A stretch of DNA of 64,000 nt from Nitrosopumilus sp. (GCA_965223425.1 OZ245003.1:992001-1056000), one strand, 5' to 3'; counted from the stretch's first letter, positions 1-9,754 are shown. Program-made: numbers and translations. The notes: a model not told the origin generated them from the sequence alone.

Positions 1-14
1 CACATGCTATACCC

Positions 15-71
15 ATGTCAGACTCGGTAGAATCAAACAATGTTCTAGTTGTACTGCTGAGTGTCTGTTAA
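15..71 (+). CDS. Putative Val/Leu-rich leader peptide (MSDSVESNNVLVVLLSVC) upstream of ilvB
   Basis: ATG at 15, TAA at 69-71; 5 Val and 3 Leu codons, 7 of them within VLVVLLSV. The frame is open to the window edge, so it could be the tail of an upstream gene. Confidence 0.4.
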   Translation: MSDSVESNNVLVVLLSVC

Positions 72-103
72 AGCTCCGAACGTTGCCTTAACACATTAAA
101 ATT

Positions 104-1816
104 ATGGAGATTGAATTGATGAATAAAATGGAAACTATGACTGGCGCAAAGGCCCTGATGAAGGCCATGGAAAAGGAAGGTGTCAAACAAGTGTTTGGCT
201 TACCGGGAGGTGCAAATCTTCCAATGTATGATGAATTTGCTAGATGTGATATTAGACATATTTTGGCAAGACATGAGCAATCAGCTGCTCATATGGCTGA
301 TGGTTTTGGTAGGGTCAGCAGAAAACCGGGGGTTTGCTTTGCAACATCAGGACCTGGAGCAACTAACATACTAACTGGAATTGCAACAGCACAAGCTGAT
401 TCTGCACCAATGATTGCAGTAACTGGCCAAGTACCAGTTGAAATGATCGGAAAAGATGCATTTCAAGAAAGCGATATTATTGGAATGGCAAACCCCGTTG
501 TAAAATATGCATATCAGCCAAGAACAGCTGCTGACATTCCAAAAGCAGTAAGAAAAGGATTTTACATTGCAGAGACTGGCAGACCAGGACCTGTGTTAAT
601 TGACATCCCAAAAGATGTTCAGACAAACAAAGCTGAGATGGAATTTCCAGATGAATTTAGAATACAAGGTTATAACCCTTGGACTGATCCTGACATTGTT
701 GACTGTGAAAAAGCAATCGACATGTTACTTAATTCAGAAAAACCAATCATTTTAGCTGGTGGTGGAACTATTATCTCATCTGCATTTGTTGAATTACAGT
801 CTATTGCTGAAACTCTTCTGCTTCCAGTAGTCACCACTTTCAAAGGAAAGGGCGCATTTCCTGAGAACCATCCTTTGTCATTAGGTCCAATTGGAATGCA
901 TGGACATGCAGAGGCAAATAAAATGATGACAGAAGCTGATTGTGTGTTGGCAATAGGAACCCGTTTCTCTGATAGGTCAGTTGGAACCTTTGAGACATTT
1001 GAAAAGAGGCTCAAAATCATTCACATGGACGTGGATCCAGCAGAGATTGGTAAAAACCAAATGGCACAAGTTGCAGTAGTTGGAGACGTAAAGGCGTCAC
1101 TTCGAATAATGATAAAATTACTTTTGCAAAGAGCAATCAAAAAAACTGAAGAGAGTACATGGATTAAACATGTCAAAGAGACTAAAGCATACTGGAAAGA
1201 AAACTTGAAACTTCATCCCGGTGAAATGGGAGCTGCAAAAATTTTGCGTAAACTCCGTGAGCTGTTGCCTCCCGAAGCTGTTGTAACTACTGAAGTAGGA
1301 CAGCACCAAATGTGGGCATCATTATTTTATGATGTAATTCAGCCCGGTACTTTCTTTAGTTCCACCGGACTTGGTACCATGGGTTGGGGATTTCCTGCAT
1401 CAATTGGTGCCAAAGTAGCACGTCCTGACGTTCCTGTAGTGGATATTGCAGGTGATGGCAGCTTTGCAATGACTGAAAACTCCCTTGCAACTTGCATGCA
1501 AGAAGACATTCCAGTAATTGTATTTGTCTTAAACAACTCTTCATTAGGAATGGTAGCTCAATGGCAGAGAACTTTCTATCAAAGAAGAATGATTGGAGTG
1601 GAACAAGATCATTGTCCTGACTATGTTAAATTAGCAGAATCTTATGGAGCTCAAGGAATTCGAGCACAATCAATGGATGAACTTGATAAGGCAATAAAAT
1701 CTGCACTAAGCAGTGACGTTGCAACTGTAATTGATATTCCAATTGACCCTGAAGAGGACGTATTGCCATTTGTAGCCCCTGGAACTTCGCTTGAGGATAT
1801 GATCTTACCATCATAG
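104..1816 (+). CDS. ilvB: Acetolactate synthase large subunit
   Basis: FGLPGGA, RHEQSAAHMADG, TSGPGATN and TPP-binding GDGSF...NN motifs. True start may be 119 or 128, after the GGAG at 106-109. Confidence 0.97.
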   Translation: MEIELMNKMETMTGAKALMKAMEKEGVKQVFGLPGGANLPMYDEFARCDIRHILARHEQSAAHMADGFGRVSRKPGVCFATSGPGATNILTGIATAQADSAPMIAVTGQVPVEMIGKDAFQESDIIGMANPVVKYAYQPRTAADIPKAVRKGFYIAETGRPGPVLIDIPKDVQTNKAEMEFPDEFRIQGYNPWTDPDIVDCEKAIDMLLNSEKPIILAGGGTIISSAFVELQSIAETLLLPVVTTFKGKGAFPENHPLSLGPIGMHGHAEANKMMTEADCVLAIGTRFSDRSVGTFETFEKRLKIIHMDVDPAEIGKNQMAQVAVVGDVKASLRIMIKLLLQRAIKKTEESTWIKHVKETKAYWKENLKLHPGEMGAAKILRKLRELLPPEAVVTTEVGQHQMWASLFYDVIQPGTFFSSTGLGTMGWGFPASIGAKVARPDVPVVDIAGDGSFAMTENSLATCMQEDIPVIVFVLNNSSLGMVAQWQRTFYQRRMIGVEQDHCPDYVKLAESYGAQGIRAQSMDELDKAIKSALSSDVATVIDIPIDPEEDVLPFVAPGTSLEDMILPS

Positions 1817-1825
1817 TGGTTTATC

Positions 1826-2308
1826 ATGTGGGCAATTCTTTCTTTAGTAGTTGAAAACAAACCTGGAATCTTGTTTAAGGTGACCCATCTTTTCCGTTCA
1901 AGGAACTTTAACATTGACAGTATTTCTGTTGGCGTGATGGAAAATACAGAGTACTCCAAGATGACTATTACTACAATCGGCGATGAAAAACAAGTGGCAC
2001 AGATTGTAAAACAACTCGATAAAATGATTGATACAGTAGAGGTCAAGTATCTAGATGAGCACAAAACCGTGTATAGGGAACTTAGTCTTTTTAAGATAAA
2101 ACTCAGTAATGCCGATGATAGTATGGAAGTAAACAAAATTGCCAATGCATATGGCGGCAAAGTACATGATGTAAAAAAAGATTCCATTATGGTGGAATTG
2201 ACTGCGACTCCCCACCAAATCGAGGCATTTGAGGAGTTAGTAAAACCATTTGGAATCATTGATGTTGCGCGTACTGGTGTTGCCGCATTACAGAGGAGTG
2301 GGGCATGA
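1826..2308 (+). CDS. ilvN: Acetolactate synthase small (regulatory ACT) subunit
   Basis: VENKPGIL...RNFNIDSISVG and C-terminal ARTG; adjacent to ilvB. Confidence 0.95.
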   Translation: MWAILSLVVENKPGILFKVTHLFRSRNFNIDSISVGVMENTEYSKMTITTIGDEKQVAQIVKQLDKMIDTVEVKYLDEHKTVYRELSLFKIKLSNADDSMEVNKIANAYGGKVHDVKKDSIMVELTATPHQIEAFEELVKPFGIIDVARTGVAALQRSGA

Positions 2309-3819
2309 ACATTAGAATATTTGACACAACATTAAGGGATGGAGAGCAAACCATCGGGGTTTCTCTATCGCCGGATCAAAAACTATCTATTGCAAAAAAA
2401 CTTGATGAGCTTGGAGTTGATGCAATCGAAGCTGGTTTTCCAGTAATTTCTGAAGGTGAGTTAAAAGCAGCAAAAATGATTGCCGCTGAAGGATTATCAT
2501 GTGAAATTGCAGGGTTGACCAGAACTATCAAAAAAGATATTGATGCTGCAGTTGATGCTGGATTAAACTATGTACACACATTTATTGCAACATCTGATAT
2601 TCATTTAGAGCACAAGCTCCACATTAGCAGAGAGCAAGCATTAGAAAAAGCAGTTGAAGCAGTTGAATATGGAAAATCCCGCGGACTTCAAGTAGAGTTT
2701 TCAGCCGAAGATGCCACAAGAACTGACGGAGAGTTTTTGAAAAAAGTGTTTGGCGCAGTTGCAGAGGCAGGGGCAGACAGAGTTAACATTCCAGACACTG
2801 TAGGATATTGTACTCCTGAACACATGGCAGAATTAACTAGAGACACAATTAAAGTGACAAAACTTCCAGTAAGTGTTCATTGCCACAATGACTTTGGACT
2901 GGCAGTTGCAAACGCGTTATCTGGAATTCATGCAGGAGCTGCATGTGCACATGTTACAATTAATGGAATAGGTGAACGTGCAGGAAATGCGTCATTGGAA
3001 GAATTCTCTATGGCGTTGAAATGTCTTCCATATGAGCAAAAATACGAAACCAACATTAAATCTGAGTTAATCTATGGCACTTCACGATATATTTCAAAAA
3101 TTGTAGGCATCAAGGTACAGCCAAACAAGGCAATTGTTGGCGATAATGCATTTGGACACGAGTCTGGAATTCACACCCATGGCGTGCTAAACAATCCCCT
3201 TACATACGAACCAATAAGCCCAGAATTAGTTGGAAGAAAAAGAAGACTTCGTGTTGGAAAACATGCAGGAATCCATGGAATGAATGCAATGCTTGCAGAA
3301 TTTGGAGTCAAACCAACAGGTGGACAATCACAAGAAATTCTTGAAAAAGTCAAAGTATTAGGCGACCAAGGAAAACAAATCACTGATGTTGAATTGCTTT
3401 CTATTGCAAGTAAAGTTTTAGGTGAAGAAGGAATAAAAAGAATTGTTCAGTTAACCGGATTTTCAGTATCCACTGGAATTGGAACAATGCCTTATGCATT
3501 TGTAAAGCTAAACATTGATGGAAAAGAGTATACTGGAACCGATCACGGCGTTGGTCCAGTTGATGCATCGCTTAATGCAATTCAAAAGATCACTGGAAAA
3601 ATTTCAGAGATTAGAATTAAAGATTATGCCTTGGCATCAATTTCTGGGGGTTCTACCGCACTATGTGAAGTTACAATTAGTGTAGAGGATGCACAAGGAA
3701 ATCGAGTTTCTGCAAAATCAGTGGGTGAAGATATTGTAACTACAAGCGTCCAAGCAGTCATTGATGGCATTAACAGAATTATGCTCAAAAAAATGTTAAA
3801 AGAAAAACAGCTAAATTAA
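2305..3819 (+). CDS. leuA: 2-isopropylmalate synthase / citramalate synthase family enzyme
   Basis: DTTLRDGEQ, HCHNDFGLA, GIGERAGNA and HESGIH motifs plus C-terminal regulatory domain. LeuA versus CimA specificity cannot be resolved by eye. Confidence 0.85.
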   Translation: MNIRIFDTTLRDGEQTIGVSLSPDQKLSIAKKLDELGVDAIEAGFPVISEGELKAAKMIAAEGLSCEIAGLTRTIKKDIDAAVDAGLNYVHTFIATSDIHLEHKLHISREQALEKAVEAVEYGKSRGLQVEFSAEDATRTDGEFLKKVFGAVAEAGADRVNIPDTVGYCTPEHMAELTRDTIKVTKLPVSVHCHNDFGLAVANALSGIHAGAACAHVTINGIGERAGNASLEEFSMALKCLPYEQKYETNIKSELIYGTSRYISKIVGIKVQPNKAIVGDNAFGHESGIHTHGVLNNPLTYEPISPELVGRKRRLRVGKHAGIHGMNAMLAEFGVKPTGGQSQEILEKVKVLGDQGKQITDVELLSIASKVLGEEGIKRIVQLTGFSVSTGIGTMPYAFVKLNIDGKEYTGTDHGVGPVDASLNAIQKITGKISEIRIKDYALASISGGSTALCEVTISVEDAQGNRVSAKSVGEDIVTTSVQAVIDGINRIMLKKMLKEKQLN

Positions 3820-3828
3820 ATTTTAATT

Positions 3829-3997
3829 TTACAGCGCATCTGCTCCGGCTTGACTGTCTTTTATTTTTACTAATTTGTTGATATTGAATGTAAATATCAC
3901 GCCATCCCCATCTGAAAAAGTGGGAATTTCAATTTCGGCTAAAGCATATTGTGCCTCATGTAATGTTGAACTCCTAACAATTGCCTCAATTTAGCAT
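3829..3997 (-). pseudogene. Degraded P-II nitrogen regulatory protein (GlnB/GlnK family)
   Basis: Conceptual translation ML/IEAIVRSSTLHEAQYALAEIEIPTFS-DGDGVIFTFNINKLVKIKDSQAGADAL matches the P-II N-terminus and GDGxIF C-terminus. Frameshift at codon 3 and the central half is missing. Confidence 0.8.
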
Positions 3998-4091
3998 CTT
4001 ACTTTCTTGCTTGCATAATAATTATGATTTTTTGTTATTTATGCTGTGTTTTCTGGTAATCATTTAAAATTCCCTTGTGACATTCCAAATC

Positions 4092-5105
4092 ATGTACAAA
4101 ATTTCATTAATTACCGGGGATGGAATAGGTCCTGAATTATCTGACTCTGCAATTTCTGTACTTGATACCATTAATGACCGATTTGATGTAAAATTCGAGA
4201 TTACAAAGTTGCCTGCAGGGGACAAGTCTCTTGCAGAAACAGGAAAAGCGCTTCCTGATGAAACAGTAAATACAATAAAACAATCTGATGCGTGTTTGAA
4301 AGCCCCTGTTGGTGAAAGTGCAGCTGATGTCATTGTAGTGTTGAGAAGGATACTTGATCTTTATGCCAATATTCGACCGGCAAAATCTTATCCTCACATG
4401 CCTGCATTACGTGGTGATGTTGATATGGTAATAGTGCGAGAAAACACTGAAGACCTTTACACCGGTAAAGAATTCAGCGTTGGGGATTCTGCAGTTGCAT
4501 TGAGAATAATTTCAGAAAGTGCTTCTAAAAGAATTGCAAAATATGCATTTGAAACTGCCAAACAACGGGATTCTATGAAAAAAGTAACTTGTGTTCATAA
4601 ATCAAATGTAATGCGAGTCACAGACGGATTATTTGCCAAGGCTTGTACTGATGTTTCCAAAGATTATCCTGATATCTTATTTGAAGAGATGTATGTTGAT
4701 GCGTGTGCAATGAATTTAATTCGTCAACCAGAACAGTTTGATGTTGTAGTTACCACAAATCTGTTTGGTGACATCTTATCTGATGAATCGTCCCAAGTTG
4801 TGGGTGGGTTGGGAATGGCCCCAGCTGCTAATATCGGCGATACTTTTGCATTATTTGAACCAGTTCATGGAGCAGCATTTGATATTGCTGGACAAAACAT
4901 TGCGAATCCTTCATCGTTTTTACTTTCTATCAAAATGATGCTTGATTGGCTTGGCACAAAAAATAATGATTCAAAATGTTTTGAAATAGGTCAAAAGTTG
5001 GAGTCAACGATATTTGATTTAGTAAAATCAGGTGTTAAAACCAAAGATATCGGCGGAGATAAAACCACGGTAGAATTTACAAAACAAATTACAGATAATC
5101 TCTAA
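4092..5105 (+). CDS. leuB: 3-isopropylmalate dehydrogenase (isocitrate/isopropylmalate dehydrogenase family)
   Basis: GDGIGPE, VRENTEDLY, NLFGDILSD and FEPVHGAAFDIAG motifs. Confidence 0.9.
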   Translation: MYKISLITGDGIGPELSDSAISVLDTINDRFDVKFEITKLPAGDKSLAETGKALPDETVNTIKQSDACLKAPVGESAADVIVVLRRILDLYANIRPAKSYPHMPALRGDVDMVIVRENTEDLYTGKEFSVGDSAVALRIISESASKRIAKYAFETAKQRDSMKKVTCVHKSNVMRVTDGLFAKACTDVSKDYPDILFEEMYVDACAMNLIRQPEQFDVVVTTNLFGDILSDESSQVVGGLGMAPAANIGDTFALFEPVHGAAFDIAGQNIANPSSFLLSIKMMLDWLGTKNNDSKCFEIGQKLESTIFDLVKSGVKTKDIGGDKTTVEFTKQITDNL

Positions 5106-5262
5106 TGTCTAATAAAATCTGAGGATATAGGATCCAACGAATATTTTTTTACTGGAAAGCAGTACGATGGTTCTAAAGAAGGAGAGCTGTTATCAGGAAA
5201 TCATCAATCGAATCCGATGGCAATACAAAATCCTACAATACAATCACACCCCAGAAAAAAGC

Positions 5263-5634
5263 ATGCAAGACGCAATTAGAGACAACGCGTTTCTGTTTGC
5301 GATAGTTGTATCAGGAATCGTGATTCTCGGCTTTGGATATGTTCCTCCGCACTCAGAGATGCTAATCGCGCTGGGAGCTGCCTTTATTATTGCAGGTGCT
5401 GTAGGCATATACATGATGCTCGCAACAAGACAGGTAGCCAGAAAGCTGCATGAGAGGTTCAACGAGCAAAACGACATCCTCAAGGAAATAGCATCGTCTC
5501 AGAAGGAAATAGCATCGTCTCAGAAGGAAATGACATCATCTCAGAAGGAAATGACATCGTCTCAAAAACAAAACCATTCAGAGATGATGGGTATCCTTAA
5601 GAGCATAAGCAATACGCTGGAGAAAAAGCTTTAG
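5263..5634 (+). CDS. Two-TM membrane protein with C-terminal heptad-repeat coiled coil
   Basis: Two hydrophobic segments followed by 4 x KE(I/M)(A/T)SSQ. ORF is open from 5167; ATG 5263 chosen by analogy with the neighbouring gene. Confidence 0.7.
   Translation: MQDAIRDNAFLFAIVVSGIVILGFGYVPPHSEMLIALGAAFIIAGAVGIYMMLATRQVARKLHERFNEQNDILKEIASSQKEIASSQKEMTSSQKEMTSSQKQNHSEMMGILKSISNTLEKKL
5482..5565 (+). repeat. 21-bp tandem repeat x4 (aaggaaatagcatcgtctcag)
   Basis: Read directly; in-frame heptad. Confidence 0.95.
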
Positions 5635-5653
5635 CAAAACACAATGCGAGCTA

Positions 5654-5708
5654 GTTTGTTGGTCAGTTTAAACTGCGTGGTAGATTTTAGGCGTGTTATG
5701 CAACAAGC
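5654..5708 (-). mobile_element. MITE-like element, degenerate copy
   Basis: TA|gtttgttgg...ttatgcaacaagc|TA; shares gttgca(t/c)aac...cgcctaaa with the 48249-48324 copy. Confidence 0.5.
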
Positions 5709-5714
5709 TAGAAC

Positions 5715-6188
5715 CTAGTCTTTGTGATCAAGTTTGTTGTTGACCTGACCAAGTGATTCGACAATGTTGTCCTGAGACTTTGCGATGTTGTCCTGAGACT
5801 TTGCGATGTTGTCCTGAGACTTTGCGATGTTGTCCTGAGACTTTGCGATGTTGTCCTGGAGATCACCAAGTAATTTGGCAATGTTGTCCTGAGACCTTGC
5901 TATCCTCTCAGTTGACTCGGAGAGCTTTATCAGCGCCTTTCTATTCTCTATTCCCACGTCATGTATTGCCTCCTTGATGCTAGCTCCGATATCCATTGTA
6001 GTCCAAGACATTAGTATTCCTACGAATCCGACGATAATAAAGGCTATGCCCTCGCTTAGGAGTCTTTGGTCTACTAGCTGGCTCAGTGTAATCAAGGATA
6101 TACCAACTGCGATCATTGCAACAAATATGATGTGCTGTCGTCGAATCAGACCGGTTTTTATTTTGGTTGTTGTGTCTTTTTCTTGCAT
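5715..6188 (-). CDS. Two-TM membrane protein with C-terminal heptad-repeat coiled coil
   Basis: Two hydrophobic segments followed by repeated DNIAKSQ; converges on the previous gene. Confidence 0.75.
   Translation of the reverse strand: MQEKDTTTKIKTGLIRRQHIIFVAMIAVGISLITLSQLVDQRLLSEGIAFIIVGFVGILMSWTTMDIGASIKEAIHDVGIENRKALIKLSESTERIARSQDNIAKLLGDLQDNIAKSQDNIAKSQDNIAKSQDNIAKSQDNIVESLGQVNNKLDHKD
5764..5900 (-). repeat. 21-bp tandem repeat (atgttgtcctgagactttgcg), 4 perfect units plus partial units
   Basis: Read directly. Confidence 0.95.
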
Positions 6189-6369
6189 ATTTTTTCCTAA
6201 ATGCCGCAAGCATTTTTACCTTTCCCACACCCATCTACCTGTCAGCAGTACATGGAAATGCGTTGCCACAACACGCCCGGTGGTTAACATATGCTGTCAC
6301 TCAAAAGTTCTTGAGGTCAAACATGTTAGATGGTAATACATTTTGATCACCTAGTACCACGCATTACAA

Positions 6370-6486
6370 TGCCAGCAGCAAACCGGAAGACCTCAGGAAG
6401 GCGTACAAGAAAGAGGTATGAGTTTAGGTAGCCACTAACACCTTTAACAGCTCATCCTGAACGTTCCTGCCCTGAATCTTCCATGT
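6370..6486. pseudogene. Tiny transposase remnants (IS630-like on +, IS66-like C-terminus on -)
   Basis: + strand SKPEDLRKAYKKE resembles SVADLKRAYKKE of the IS630 at 59457. - strand TWKIQGRNVQDELLKVL* resembles TWQKRGTSIQEEILRLY of the IS66 at 25357. Confidence 0.45.
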
Positions 6487-7852
6487 CAGTAGTTCCCAGA
6501 TGTAGATTTGTGCCCAGATGTAGGTTTATGCCCAGATGCCGGTGCGTTACCGCATAATAACTGCAATGCAAAGATCCAGATTAGGCTACGGCGTGCAATA
6601 TGTCATGAAAGTCGAATTACAAGACGAACTGATCGCACGCCAGTACAATATAACATCAAACCGGTTTAAAATCCTGCGCTCGTCGTTTCAAAAGCTTGGC
6701 ATGCCAATGTCTGAGAGGCACAACGCCGTATACGGATGCGGCGACATACTGGACGTGCTAATCAGGGCGTCTGAGAGAAACACGTTTGTAGAATCCCTCG
6801 TACGGCACAACAGGCTTCAAGACACGGGTGCACGTACGCCTGATGCAGACCTGGTCATGTCTGCAGTCCGTGGCGTCAAACCGGCAGACGTGCAGGCCTG
6901 GTGTGCAAGGACGCTGGCACGCACGGTGCGGCACGCCCGCCATACAGGAATGCTGCAGGACATCGACGCCATTGCAATAGACGTTACGGACATACCATAC
7001 CATGGGGAGCAGCTGCAGGAGCATACAAGAAAGTCGCGTCCAAAGGCAGGAACATCCACGTTTCTCTCGTATGTCGCAGTGCACGGAGTCGGCAGGGACT
7101 CCTCGCAGATTGTCCTGGAATCGCAGCTGCTGCCGGCAAAGGAGAAACTGGCCGATTTTATAGCCAAAACACGCACGAAAATCCTCAGAGGAGGGGGCGC
7201 ACACTCAAAGACTGTGTTCCTGTACGACCGCGCCTTTTACAACGTTGACTGCATGACAGAGGCAGGAAAGGGCGGGTGCCGCTACATTATGCCTGTCATC
7301 ATGAACTCCAAGATCAAGAGGATAGTCAAGCTGTATGAGGGCAGAAAGGCAAACCAGGTATCGCAGCAGTCAATGACCAACAAAGACGGCGTAACTGTGA
7401 CCTACAACCTTGTAATTGTCAAAAGAGACAGGAAGAAGAAGAAGAAGGAAGAGGAGGAAGAGGAGCAATACATTGCGTTTGCAACAAACATTCCCATCAG
7501 GAGTGCCACAGAGCCATGACAGGCATCATACCGGAGCAGTACCGCAAGATGGGGCATCGAGACGGGACTTCGCGTCATAAAGGAGATCATGGGCAGGACA
7601 TGCAGCAACTCCCTGTCTGTGAGGCTGCTGATGTTTTACCTGCCGCTGCTGCTGTACAACCTGTGGAGGATTGCCAGGTTCTGCCTTGATGCGGGAAAGA
7701 GGCATGGAAGAGTGTCTTCTGCGGGAAAAAAACTCACCATGGCGTTGTTTATCGTGTACATTACAAGCAGAAACGAGTTGTTTGTCAATGATCGAGGCAA
7801 GTAGAACCGATGCCAGTTGCGGTTGCGGTAAATCCACATCTGGGAACTACTG
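6487..7852 (+). mobile_element. ISH3-family insertion sequence, copy 1
   Basis: TIRs cagtagttcccagatgt(a/g)gattt, 4-bp TSD atgt (6483-6486 / 7853-7856), 1366 bp, 18-bp subterminal repeats at the left end. Confidence 0.9.
6536..7804 (+). pseudogene. ISH3-family DDE transposase, frameshifted
   Basis: IAIDVT, LYDRAFY and YIAFATN motifs; the YxxRWGIE motif is broken across frames. Confidence 0.85.
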
Positions 7853-8086
7853 ATGTAGGGGAGCAGGTGCATGGATCCTGGGACGAACGGGATGTGGTCA
7901 GGCCGAGTTATGCAACACACTACCGCATGCGCGTCTTGTTGCACTATCGGCGCGGCGCTCAGGGAAGCAGTGTTAATTGATCGCTGAGCGTATAGATTTT
8001 CAATCCAGAGAAGATCCATATTTCAGGTCACCATAACGTTACAGAACCAGCAAAACTAATAATTAAATACAGATTTTACCTAATAT

Positions 8087-8218
8087 ATGGTAGTTTGTTG
8101 TATTTGTAAAATTGCTAAAGGTAATCTCAAAATTACTGACGGCAATCCAAAATACAAAGGAAAACCAATCTGCAAAGAATGCAGTGATTATCGTAAATTA
8201 CTAAAAGAAACCAAATAA
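8087..8218 (+). CDS. 43-aa zinc-finger microprotein (not in the ORF track)
   Basis: MVVCCICKIAKGNLKITDGNPKYKGKPICKECSDYRKLLKETK; CxxC...CxxC. Confidence 0.65.
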   Translation: MVVCCICKIAKGNLKITDGNPKYKGKPICKECSDYRKLLKETK

Positions 8219-8219
8219 T

Positions 8220-8465
8220 TTACTCTGTTTTTGGTTTGTTCTTTTCTACCCATTCTTCATACATCTTGATTAATTCATCTACATCTTTTCCATCTTCTGA
8301 ATATGTGAGAATTACTCCAAACGTCCCTTTTTTATCATGGCCTCTTGCAAAATACCCCCAAAAAGAATCTGGTAGTTTCTGAAAACTGTTTGAATCATGA
8401 GATACTCCGATTAGGTTATTTCCAATTACTTCAACCACTTTTTTTGCATCATCTGACTCTATCAT
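8220..8465 (-). CDS. Small hypothetical protein
   Basis: Starts 2 bp after the aspS stop; core-like composition. Confidence 0.75.
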   Translation of the reverse strand: MIESDDAKKVVEVIGNNLIGVSHDSNSFQKLPDSFWGYFARGHDKKGTFGVILTYSEDGKDVDELIKMYEEWVEKNKPKTE

Positions 8466-8467
8466 AA

Positions 8468-9754
8468 TTATGGACTCAACCTATCAGGGTCTCTTGGGTA
8501 TAACACCACTTCACGAACATTATCAATTCCAATAAGCGTGGTCATCAATCTGTCTAACCCCATTCCCCATCCTGAATGTGGAGGCATTCCCCAGTCAAAT
8601 GCTTTAAGATGGTCTGTAAACTGTGCGGGATCCAAGTCTTGCTCTTTTAATCTGGCTTTTAACATCTCTGGATTATGAAGTCTGGTTCCACCAGATGATA
8701 ATTCTAGATACCCAAATTGCAAATCAAATGAACGTGACAGTGTCGCATCTTCATCTTTTTCTCTAATGTAAAATGGTTTTAGTTTCATTGGCCAGTCAGT
8801 CAAAAAGAAGAATCCCGGGTGACTGTCTCCAATAATTCTAAGATGTGAATCAAGTAAATCCCCTCCAAACTCTATTTTTTCATCTGCTTTTTTGAGCTCC
8901 TCTACACACTGATTGTATGTGATTCTCTCAAATGGTGGTTTTGGAACCTCAATAGTGTGACCAATGCTTTCTTGTTCTGCTTTACAGTTTTCTGCTGCAA
9001 ATTTGTAAACATCCATCACTGTGGATTCTAATACATCCATAACGTCGTTGTAATCCATAAATGCTGCTTCAATGTCAATACTGGTGAATTCATTTAGGTG
9101 TCTTCCTGTGTGAGAATTTTCTGCACGATAAAAGTTTGAAATCTCAAACACCCTCTCTAACCCTATTGTCATCTGTTCTTTGTATAGTTGTGGGCTTTGT
9201 GCAAGATATGCAGTCTTTCCAAAATAATCCAACGAAAACAAGTTTGCGCCTCCTTCACTTGCGCTGCCTATAATTTTGGGAGTTGTAATTTCTATGAATT
9301 TTTTTTCAGTCAAAGTTTTACGTAATGATTGCAGTACATGGTGTCTAAGTTTAAAAATTGAAGCAGTTTTTTGATTTCTCATGTCTAGTGCACGATGATT
9401 TAGTCTTGTGTCAATGTTACTTTCAAGCCTTCCAATAGGGTCTACTGGCAATGGGTGAACGGCTTTTCCTAACACTTCTACTTTTTCTGCCTTGATCTCA
9501 AATGAAAAGTCTCTTGCTTTAGTTTCTTGCACAATTCCTCTTACGCTTACAACGCTTTGACGATTAATTTCGCCAAGATTGTCATTGAGTTTGCCTTTTA
9601 CAACTACTTGAGATATTCCTGACACATCGCGTAAAGTGATAAATGACATTTTACCTAGTTTTCGAAGATCCTCAATCCATCCGCCTAACACAACTTGCTT
9701 TCCAATTAACTCTGATGTAAGATCTGCAATGTCATGAGTCTTCACAAAAACCAT
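8468..9754 (-). CDS. aspS: Aspartate--tRNA(Asp/Asn) ligase, archaeal type
   Basis: OB-fold, LAQSPQLYK, YRAENSHTGRHLNEF and GMPPHSGWGMGLDRL motifs. Confidence 0.97.
   Translation of the reverse strand: MVFVKTHDIADLTSELIGKQVVLGGWIEDLRKLGKMSFITLRDVSGISQVVVKGKLNDNLGEINRQSVVSVRGIVQETKARDFSFEIKAEKVEVLGKAVHPLPVDPIGRLESNIDTRLNHRALDMRNQKTASIFKLRHHVLQSLRKTLTEKKFIEITTPKIIGSASEGGANLFSLDYFGKTAYLAQSPQLYKEQMTIGLERVFEISNFYRAENSHTGRHLNEFTSIDIEAAFMDYNDVMDVLESTVMDVYKFAAENCKAEQESIGHTIEVPKPPFERITYNQCVEELKKADEKIEFGGDLLDSHLRIIGDSHPGFFFLTDWPMKLKPFYIREKDEDATLSRSFDLQFGYLELSSGGTRLHNPEMLKARLKEQDLDPAQFTDHLKAFDWGMPPHSGWGMGLDRLMTTLIGIDNVREVVLYPRDPDRLSP

Noticed and set aside
5482-5900. 21-bp repeats as a possible CRISPR array
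   Set aside because: They are tandem with no spacers and lie in frame within coding sequences.
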